DNA of 20,000 bases from an uncultured virus (IMG/VR IMGVR_UViG_3300044631_003060). Its lineage: Duplodnaviria > Heunggongvirae > Uroviricota > Caudoviricetes. Numbering within the stretch: position 1 is the stretch's first letter; every line of letters begins with the position of its first letter. Positions 8,744 to 16,271 of this stretch are shown here, one piece after another. A program made the position numbers and the translations under genes. Where the stretch lies: IMG/VR virus record IMGVR_UViG_3300044631_003060; one strand, given 5' to 3'. The notes below the pieces were generated by a model. It did no database searches. It saw only the letters and a list, made by a program, of their open reading frames with translations, and had not been told where the DNA came from.

Positions 8744-10221
8744 TATAGTAATCTATTAATAATATCTAATATGTCGTTCATTCTCTTTGTACCTTCTTCC
8801 ACGTCGATTTTGCTATCATAATAAGGCGATTGTGGGTTGCTCGGTGCGGGCTTTGTAAAAAACGCTTGAGTGATTATTCTTTGTAACCTATCGCGTATGT
8901 CTTGGTTGGTTTGGTTTTTTTCTTTTTCTCTTTTTATTATTCTTCTCAAAGCGTTTTCGGGTTTGCTCGCAAGCAATATTTCGGCTATGTCGCTTATGCG
9001 ATAAAATTCTTGCTCTATTGCGGTTTTATTTGCATCAAAATCATTATATGGCTGTCCTAAACCACCTACAATAAACAATTCTTTGCTTTTAACCTTTGTC
9101 TTGTTTACGCCTAATCTTTTTTGCTCTAATAGGTAGTTTTTGTACATAGCAAAACCATCCCTATAATCACTTTCAAGGTAAAGAGTGCTACCATAACCTT
9201 TTACCTCTTTCCCGTATCGCTTCCTACTTATACCCTCGCTATTTTGCCACATAGCCCACCTAAAAAATCTTGGGTCGGCAATCGCGGTAGAAATTGCTTG
9301 CAAATCAATGGGCGCTCCATAATCCTTAGCTACCCATGAATAGTAAACTTGCTCTCCGCTCGTAGTGTTATATGCCCTCAAACCATACACCCTAACTTTT
9401 GAACCCGCTTGTTCAAGTTGTTCGGCAAGCATTATTATAGGCGTTACTTTTGCCATCATCCCCATACTATCAAGGTCGGCAAGACCGCCCGCAATTACAA
9501 AAACATCGACATAATCGGGTTCGCCACCTTTTTTGGGTCGCTTCAAATATATCTTTTTGGTTTTAGTACCATATTTGAGCGTGTATTCTTTGCCGTCTTT
9601 ATCAAACGCTTTATTTTCATTAGCCGCAAAAAACCTATCGCCTACGGGTATCAAAAAAGTCGATGGAACATTTTTTAACATCTCGTAAGTACCTTTTTGT
9701 TGCCGCCTTGCAACATATTGTTTCGGCTTGCTACTTTTACTTGTCGTGCCACGATAGTAATAAGTTCCATTAATATCTTCAATAACACCCGTATCTAAAT
9801 TAGCTAACTCGTCCACTTCCTCAATATACCATTCAACCAAACGATATAATGTCGGTGCGGCAAGCCCAAACGAAAATATACCCGTTGCATCTTCCGTTGC
9901 TTTAAGCCTATCTTTTTCTAAACTACCGCCAAGGTCAAGTCGAGATTTAATATCATTTGATACGTTTTGATAATTGGTAAGAGCGTTTTGATTTACATAT
10001 CGGGTGATTTTGGTAATATCTAATTGGTCGTCTAATGGCTTGGTCGTATCAACCTCGTACCAAGAGGGATTGCCCGTTACTTCCGAAATATTATATGGCG
10101 AACCTCCGCCTACATAATTTGGTCGGGTAGTGGGATTACCATTTCTATCTTGCATTAAGCCCTCTTGTCCTTCTTTAATGAAAGAGTTGATGCTATCCCA
10201 CATTCCAAACAAATATTCCAT
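8743..10221 (-). CDS. Putative vWA-like partner of the adjacent AAA+ ATPase (CobT-like position, degenerate MIDAS)
   Basis: Lies directly downstream of a MoxR/CobS-type ATPase. The segment YVDVFVIAGGLADLDSMGMMAKVTPIIMLAEQLEQAGSKVRVYG has the strand-helix-strand pattern of vWA folds (LExxGxxVxV), followed by a D-P-x-F-F-R-like motif. There is no canonical DxSxS. Confidence 0.6.
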   Translation of the reverse strand: MEYLFGMWDSINSFIKEGQEGLMQDRNGNPTTRPNYVGGGSPYNISEVTGNPSWYEVDTTKPLDDQLDITKITRYVNQNALTNYQNVSNDIKSRLDLGGSLEKDRLKATEDATGIFSFGLAAPTLYRLVEWYIEEVDELANLDTGVIEDINGTYYYRGTTSKSSKPKQYVARRQQKGTYEMLKNVPSTFLIPVGDRFFAANENKAFDKDGKEYTLKYGTKTKKIYLKRPKKGGEPDYVDVFVIAGGLADLDSMGMMAKVTPIIMLAEQLEQAGSKVRVYGLRAYNTTSGEQVYYSWVAKDYGAPIDLQAISTAIADPRFFRWAMWQNSEGISRKRYGKEVKGYGSTLYLESDYRDGFAMYKNYLLEQKRLGVNKTKVKSKELFIVGGLGQPYNDFDANKTAIEQEFYRISDIAEILLASKPENALRRIIKREKEKNQTNQDIRDRLQRIITQAFFTKPAPSNPQSPYYDSKIDVEEGTKRMNDILDIINRLL

Positions 10222-10234
10222 AAAATATTAGGTA

Positions 10235-11668
10235 TTAGAAAATCTTATTTCCGAATTTAGTGTACCAATCGGAAATTTTTTGCTCCGCTTGCTCAATATC
10301 TTGCTTGGTAGATAATTCTTCTAATGGTCTTGTGTTTACTTCGGCTATTTTGTTTTCCAAAAAGTCCGCTACCTCTTGTGGCATAATATTTTGCCTTTGA
10401 GTTGGGGTAAACAAATTCATAAAACTTTCTATACCATCTTGCAAGGTTTTGGGGCGAGTGTTTTGTTGGTTTAATGGTAACAATTCATTTTTTCTATACT
10501 CAATATAAGTATCGCGTAGGTTTGTCATAATACGCATAGAAACGAAAGCGACGTTGGTGTAGTTTTCGGTTTCAATGGCTTCACGCAAGTCAATCAAGAA
10601 ATTGAACAAGAACGCAAAATTCATATTGATTTTTTTGCCTTGTATCATAATTGGAATATTATTCAAAACTTGATTGTATTCAAGTTCGTAGTCATAATAA
10701 ACCCTATATGTACTACCCGCAAATCGGTCTTGCAAAGAAGCGTCTTGTGCAAAGTTAGCGGTATATGTTGGGTCGGGTCTTAACAACAAGGTATTACCCG
10801 TACCTATGACAAACAATCTTGGCTTACCCGTTTCTCCATAAGTCGCAAGTTTGATATTTTGGTTACGCCCGTTTTTGATTTCTTTAGGCACTAACATGCC
10901 TTGAGAATTTATTACGGGTGGGTCTTTTAACGAAGACAAAGCATCGTTCATCAAGCCCGCCGTGTTTGGGTCAAGTTTAGGTAATTCGTCAATCAATAAT
11001 ATTGCACCCTCGTACTCTTGGTTTGTCATTGGGTTAATTCCAAGATTTAGATTACCCCATGCTTGTATAAGTGTACCTTCTTGGTATCCGTCAATAGTTT
11101 GACCACCGATAATTTCAATAGGTGAGGTATATTGGTTACAATTTATGGTAAGCACTTTATAGTTCAAGGCTCTACCCATGTATTTAGCCATAGCCGTTTT
11201 ACCCGTACCCGCTGGACCATACAAATAAACATTATTATTTGCCGCAAAGTCGCTCATTAACACATAGAACAAAGCCCTCGCACCTTTGACTGTTGCCGTC
11301 GGCGATACAATCGTTTGTCCCGTACTAACAACGCTTGATATTTGAACATTTATTGCCTTTGTTCTATCAATCATTTCAACCACATCGGGTGCAAGTTGAG
11401 AAGCGGTTATTTGCGCTTGTGCAAGGACTTTTTCGGCAATACGCGCTACTTCATCTTCACTTAATCCCGCATCAACGGCAAGTTGTTGTTGTAGTCGTTG
11501 TAATAATTGTTCGGATGCACTTCCTCCGCTTGGCGGATTAGCAACTCTATTGAGAGCGTCAAGGCGTTTTTGCAAGACGGCTTTCATGTTATCATCCGTC
11601 GCCCTTGCTAATAACTCTTCGGTCTTTTTTATTTGTTCGTCTAATTGGGTTTTATTTATATTATCCAT
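10235..11668 (-). CDS. AAA+ ATPase, MoxR/CbbQ/CobS-like, with N-terminal coiled coil
   Basis: Walker A NVYLYGPAGTGKT, Walker B ILLIDE, sensor-1 region FVIGTGNT, arginine finger QDASLQDRF, and sensor-2-like VSMR. Confidence 0.9.
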   Translation of the reverse strand: MDNINKTQLDEQIKKTEELLARATDDNMKAVLQKRLDALNRVANPPSGGSASEQLLQRLQQQLAVDAGLSEDEVARIAEKVLAQAQITASQLAPDVVEMIDRTKAINVQISSVVSTGQTIVSPTATVKGARALFYVLMSDFAANNNVYLYGPAGTGKTAMAKYMGRALNYKVLTINCNQYTSPIEIIGGQTIDGYQEGTLIQAWGNLNLGINPMTNQEYEGAILLIDELPKLDPNTAGLMNDALSSLKDPPVINSQGMLVPKEIKNGRNQNIKLATYGETGKPRLFVIGTGNTLLLRPDPTYTANFAQDASLQDRFAGSTYRVYYDYELEYNQVLNNIPIMIQGKKINMNFAFLFNFLIDLREAIETENYTNVAFVSMRIMTNLRDTYIEYRKNELLPLNQQNTRPKTLQDGIESFMNLFTPTQRQNIMPQEVADFLENKIAEVNTRPLEELSTKQDIEQAEQKISDWYTKFGNKIF

Positions 11669-13820
11669 TATAAATTGTTTTTAATGCGTTATCTATAACT
11701 CTTATGATTTGTTGTTTTGTTCCACTATATCCAAAAGTTGCGGCTATTTCTTGCAATTCCCTCTCGTTATACAACGAATTAAGATTTGAAATAACCCTTA
11801 CTCTCACGGGTATTACGTTAGGTAATTCGCCTTTGGGTGCTTTGAACAATTTTTCCATCGCTTCAATTATGTTTTCGGCGGGCGGTGGTTCTTTGTCGTC
11901 GTGATATACGTTTTGCGGTCTTTTGTTACCCTTGTTAATTTTCAACAAAATATAAGTTTCGTCGCCGTCGTCAAACATGGGTGAGCGAGCCAAAATTTCT
12001 AACTCTTCATCGGGAATAACGACATTTGGTTGTGGGAAACTTAACATTTTACCAAGGAACGCTTGATTGCCTCTATCTTTAATCGTAAATGCGGTGGTGT
12101 CGTCCATTCGCCTAACTTTAGTTTGCAAATCCAACTCTATGCGATTTAGATTAAGATATGTACCCTCGTCGGTAGTTATTGTATAAATAATAACTTTGGT
12201 GGGTTTTTTATGGTCGTCGCCATGGTCGTCATCGTGGTCGTCGCCATGGTCGTCTTTTTTCTCAACCAAAACATAAGCCAACATTCCTTTACCATCAAAA
12301 ATAGGCGCTCTTTTTAATGTTTGCCCATCGTTTTGCGACATACCTCCCATTGGTGGATTGGATGTAGAAAACAACATGCCCTTATAATCTTCGCCTTCTT
12401 TTTCAAAATAATAGAAGCCCGCTTGTCCTTTTTCGGTTTCTTCTTGTGTTTTTGGATTATATGTGTATTCTAATAACTCAAGCATAGAACTTCCGTCATC
12501 TTTTACAAGCCGATAAAATTTAGGGTTTTTGTCGCCTTTTCCATCACCATCGTCTTCACTCACCAACTCGTAACCTAAAGTACCTTCGCCCGACATACCA
12601 CCGATAGCAAAAGTTCTATTTGCATCAAAATCGGGTTTGCGTTTGAGTTTGAAGTTTTGACCATTGATTTCAATATTGATAAAATCTTCTCCCTCTTTGC
12701 TTTGGTATGGATAAGTAACATTTTGAATATACGTTTCTTCTTTTGTTTTTTTGTTATACAAATACTCCGCAAGTTCAACGCTTGTGCCATTGTCCTTAAC
12801 CAAGCGATACAATGTGATTTCGTCTTTTGGTGGTTTGGGTGGTTGTTTTTGTGGCTTTGCTTTGAAAACATAGCCATCCATGCCATCGCCATCAAATTTG
12901 GGTTCTTTTGTTAGTGTTCCCTCTTTTTGCTCATCCACAAACATGCCCTCAAAACCATCGCTCTTTTTGTTTGAAACTTGAAATTCCATGTCGCCCATGA
13001 ATGTAGCCGTTTGAGTAGGCTCGTCAAATTCATAGGTAGCCATAGTTAGCATGTTGCCATTCTCCCTACGCAAACGGAAAAATTGTTTCTTTTCGTCTTT
13101 CGGCGGCGGAGGTGGTGGCGGTGGCGGTGGCGGTGGTGGTGGCGGTGGTGGTGGCGGTGGATTGTCTTTATACTCTTGCTTATCGCTTAATTCTTTAAAA
13201 TAATCAAACGCATCCAAAGTGCCTTGAGTAGTTGGGCTAAATACTTTTTCTTCGCTTATGGTGTCTTTTTCATGCTTGCCAACATAAAAATAAGATAAGC
13301 CTTTTTCATCTACTCGATATTCAAGAAAAACGATTACGCCGCTTTTAGGAAAATAATTTTCCCATCTACGACCTTTCCCGTCGTCCATATCTTTTTTGGT
13401 GTAAACGGGTTTTTCGTAATTTCCTTGTGGCTGCATGGGTGGCATTTGTGGGGTGCTTTGCATTGATGGATTATCAATTTGCATGTTTCCATTATTTGCT
13501 TGCACCAACTCTAAATCTTTACCTTCCCAACTTTCACCATTAGACAAAACATATAATAAGCCACTCGGATTTTCTTGCCTAATAAATCCACCTATGTTGT
13601 TTCCTTGATTGTCCAACATATAAGGCGTTGCTCCGCCTCTTTCTATGCTTACCACTTTTAGCGGTCTTTGTTCTCCGCCCTCGGTATTTTGAAGCATATC
13701 GACGCGAACCGCCACTACATCGCCAACATTATAACTTGCGTTCCATGTACTTGCATCGGTAGAGGGTATTTTACTACTTGTCCAATCATCGTATTCTGCC
13801 CAACCTATATTCCAATTCAT
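11661..13820 (-). CDS. 719-aa protein with a 20-residue polyproline tract and four diverged repeats of about 80-95 aa; function unknown
   Basis: Long ORF overlapping the AAA start by 8 nt. Repeats begin FFRLRRENG, LYRLVKDNG, FYRLVKDDG and IYTITTDEG, and each ends with a L.[KR].P.FD...Y motif. Confidence 0.85.
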   Translation of the reverse strand: MNWNIGWAEYDDWTSSKIPSTDASTWNASYNVGDVVAVRVDMLQNTEGGEQRPLKVVSIERGGATPYMLDNQGNNIGGFIRQENPSGLLYVLSNGESWEGKDLELVQANNGNMQIDNPSMQSTPQMPPMQPQGNYEKPVYTKKDMDDGKGRRWENYFPKSGVIVFLEYRVDEKGLSYFYVGKHEKDTISEEKVFSPTTQGTLDAFDYFKELSDKQEYKDNPPPPPPPPPPPPPPPPPPPPKDEKKQFFRLRRENGNMLTMATYEFDEPTQTATFMGDMEFQVSNKKSDGFEGMFVDEQKEGTLTKEPKFDGDGMDGYVFKAKPQKQPPKPPKDEITLYRLVKDNGTSVELAEYLYNKKTKEETYIQNVTYPYQSKEGEDFINIEINGQNFKLKRKPDFDANRTFAIGGMSGEGTLGYELVSEDDGDGKGDKNPKFYRLVKDDGSSMLELLEYTYNPKTQEETEKGQAGFYYFEKEGEDYKGMLFSTSNPPMGGMSQNDGQTLKRAPIFDGKGMLAYVLVEKKDDHGDDHDDDHGDDHKKPTKVIIYTITTDEGTYLNLNRIELDLQTKVRRMDDTTAFTIKDRGNQAFLGKMLSFPQPNVVIPDEELEILARSPMFDDGDETYILLKINKGNKRPQNVYHDDKEPPPAENIIEAMEKLFKAPKGELPNVIPVRVRVISNLNSLYNERELQEIAATFGYSGTKQQIIRVIDNALKTIYNG
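12210..12254. repeat. 12-bp tandem repeat encoding DDHGDDHDDDHGDDH
   Basis: atggtcgtcgcc-type units are repeated nearly four times. Confidence 0.9.
13101..13160. repeat. Polyproline-coding tract (20 Pro codons)
   Basis: 60 bp of NGG triplets on the + strand, equal to mixed CCA/CCG/CCT codons on the - strand. Confidence 0.95.
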
Positions 13821-13837
13821 ATATTATTTTGATTATG

Positions 13838-13868
13838 CAATCTTACTAATTTTATTTTACAAAACAAA
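13838..13868 (-). promoter_or_regulatory. Candidate Bacteroidota sigma-70-type promoter for the repeat protein-AAA-vWA operon
   Basis: The minus strand reads TTTG-N19-TAAGATTG, one mismatch from TAnnTTTG. It lies in the only sizeable internal intergenic gap, 17 nt upstream of the ATG at 13820. Confidence 0.45.
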
Positions 13869-13897
13869 AATCTCATTAATCTATTTTTGTCTATTTA

Positions 13898-16270
13898 TCA
13901 TATCTTGCCACCCTTTTCAAAGCCCGCATTGTTTACTTGGGTATTAAAATGTTCGGCGCTTGACCATTTAATTTGCTCTTGACGAAATACCATGTAAGAA
14001 CCCGTTTGATTGGGTTGTCCATTAATTAAATCTTGGGGATTATCTTCATACATCATAATTCCATCATAGAAAGTATTATCACGCAAATATATTATCAATT
14101 TTGGGTTTATGTGTCGTATGTATTGCCAAAACTTAAATTCACTATCGAGATATTCATCCATGGCTTGTTGCCCCGCTTTTTCATATTTGGGCAAATCGGG
14201 TAAACTTGCACTTTGGGGTATTCCATATTCAACTTGCAAATAATCGGATATTCGGCGCAACGACAAAGCATCTAACCCCATACCCATAATATCAATCGGG
14301 TTTTTAATATCCACAAACACTTGATACATGAACCCATCACTTGTTAGGTTAGCAAACCATTGCGAATACGACCTATTATCCGCAAAATAAGCGGCGGGGA
14401 AATCATTAAAACGCCATGACATAAAATCGGCTCTTGAACCATGGTAGCAAACTAAAGGCTCTTGTGTTCTTGGATTGATTACTTTGCTTACGTTTGTGTA
14501 ATCTCCCGTATAGAAAGCGCTTTGCCAATCACCAAACCAATTAAGAAAGTTTTGGCTTCTTACCTTGTACCATTGTTTTTCGGACAACTCGCTTGGTTGC
14601 CCATTTATGCTTAATAGTTGGTTTGTTGGTTCGTACTCCTCAACCCTTACTTGTTCAAACGTGTTGCCAAGTTTGTCTATAAGTTCTACGCTTGTATTTG
14701 CATCTAATAAATACTTATCTCTTTGCTCTCTTAAATCGGATAACTTTCTATCTATTTGAACCTTTTGTTTTTGTCCACTTGCTATATCTCGCATCAATGT
14801 AAGTTGCAATACCTCCTCATTGATAGTGTCTATAAGCGTAGTGTAAAGTTCTACATCTCTCTCGTCTTTTTTTCTTTTTCGTACTATTTCTTTTTCTAAT
14901 GGGTTTGAACTAAATCCGCCGCGCCTATCTTCGTCAATAGTTTCGTAATGTTTAATAATAAGAAAATTCATATCACCCATAAAATCGGTGGTTATGTAAT
15001 TTTGATTATTATATTGAAACATTATACCGCCACATTGAAGAGAAGTGGTTAGTTTGAAGCCAATAATTTCAATATCCAAAATTGCATATTTTTCACCATT
15101 TATTGTTTGGGTATAGTCAAGTTTTAATTTTTTCGCTTTAGGCAAAACCTCATAATCATAATATGTATCGTCATTCATTGCGACGCTTTCTACTTGATAA
15201 CATGTCATACGTTCCCTAAAAGCAACCTTGCATTTTGAGCCAACTTGAAGTATTGTGTTTTCATCTAATTCTCGCGATTTATCATAATTTAATGGACGCT
15301 CATATATGTATCCATCTTCTTCTTTAATATTGCAACAATCATAATATGCGTTATTTGATAATGTTGGCATATCATACAAAAACACATAACCATCGGGATT
15401 GTCTATCACCCAATAATCTTCATCATTCATCCTTGCCGACAAAACAAAATTGCCTATCAAGTTTTCTTTATTAAAATACGGGCTATTTTGTGTTGGATAC
15501 ACTATTTGGGAACTTGTAGCAAAGTCGGGCGGTAGGTTTAATATGGGATAATTATATGTTATAATTCTATCCATATTATGAAAATTGGATTTTAATTCTA
15601 TTTGGAAATATTGCCCGTCATGCTCTCTACCCAATACCATGTACTCTAAGACATCCTCTTTAAAAACTAATCTTTTTACTTGCCATGGCAACATTGTTTT
15701 GTAGCCATATTGTTTTATGATATTAAAATAGTTTTTTCCAAATAAATTTTCATTCATTGCATCGTTTGCGGTTGGAAAAGGCTTTATATACATGAATGTA
15801 CCTTGAGTAATAATACGCGATAAATCACATTCATCGCCGTCGTTTAATACAAGTAAAATTGACGCGGTTTTATAATCTAAAATTATTTTATCAATTATGT
15901 ATTTAGTTAAGCCCCAATCGTCATGCGTAGATAGAACACAATCACGACCAACGTAATTTTTCTCCATTTCCTCTTTTGCTCCGTCGGTTATTGCGCCTCC
16001 AACATTATAAAATTGAGTAGGTACTTTGCCGCCCTCTTGAAACGATACTCCGCCATGTTCGCTATTCAAAACACTCAATATTTCTTTGGGTGTCATTTCT
16101 TTGCCCTCAAACAAATATTTGTCCTTGCTATCTATCGCGGGTTTGGTAATAACAACTTGACCGCCATCAACTTCTAATGGCTCGTTTGATATGTTGTTAT
16201 TCGCGCTTGATGCGTTTTGATTTGTTGTGCCTACAACGTATCCGCTATCTTCGGCTTGGTTATTATTCAT
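13898..16270 (-). CDS. Polyvalent-type protein with C-terminal ART-PolyVal-like ADP-ribosyltransferase domain (paralogue 2)
   Basis: The sequence VRSQNFLNWFGDW...SKVINPRTQEPLVCYHGS...AYFAD...VFVDIKNPID...YDGI...YMVFRQEQIK matches the motif series I recall for ART-PolyVal domains of phage polyvalent proteins. It aligns end to end with 16272..18695. Confidence 0.75.
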   Translation of the reverse strand: MNNNQAEDSGYVVGTTNQNASSANNNISNEPLEVDGGQVVITKPAIDSKDKYLFEGKEMTPKEILSVLNSEHGGVSFQEGGKVPTQFYNVGGAITDGAKEEMEKNYVGRDCVLSTHDDWGLTKYIIDKIILDYKTASILLVLNDGDECDLSRIITQGTFMYIKPFPTANDAMNENLFGKNYFNIIKQYGYKTMLPWQVKRLVFKEDVLEYMVLGREHDGQYFQIELKSNFHNMDRIITYNYPILNLPPDFATSSQIVYPTQNSPYFNKENLIGNFVLSARMNDEDYWVIDNPDGYVFLYDMPTLSNNAYYDCCNIKEEDGYIYERPLNYDKSRELDENTILQVGSKCKVAFRERMTCYQVESVAMNDDTYYDYEVLPKAKKLKLDYTQTINGEKYAILDIEIIGFKLTTSLQCGGIMFQYNNQNYITTDFMGDMNFLIIKHYETIDEDRRGGFSSNPLEKEIVRKRKKDERDVELYTTLIDTINEEVLQLTLMRDIASGQKQKVQIDRKLSDLREQRDKYLLDANTSVELIDKLGNTFEQVRVEEYEPTNQLLSINGQPSELSEKQWYKVRSQNFLNWFGDWQSAFYTGDYTNVSKVINPRTQEPLVCYHGSRADFMSWRFNDFPAAYFADNRSYSQWFANLTSDGFMYQVFVDIKNPIDIMGMGLDALSLRRISDYLQVEYGIPQSASLPDLPKYEKAGQQAMDEYLDSEFKFWQYIRHINPKLIIYLRDNTFYDGIMMYEDNPQDLINGQPNQTGSYMVFRQEQIKWSSAEHFNTQVNNAGFEKGGKI

Positions 16271-16271
16271 A

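Noticed and set aside
8743..11668. Calling the AAA/vWA pair a cobaltochelatase (cobS/cobT)
   Set aside because: Only the fold class is supported. There is no cobN or cobalamin context, and the vWA-like protein lacks a canonical MIDAS.
13101..13160. Polyproline tract as a sign of eukaryotic origin (formin/WASP-like)
   Set aside because: Operon-like overlaps, absence of introns and bacterial promoter/terminator signals indicate a prokaryotic virus or element.
3387..13820. Scattered GG matches (IKQGG, YAGGG, YVGGG, FIVGG, FAIGG, PKKGG) in the central genes as members of the boundary motif
   Set aside because: They are sparse, fit the consensus poorly and mostly lie inside apparent domains, so I treated them as background.
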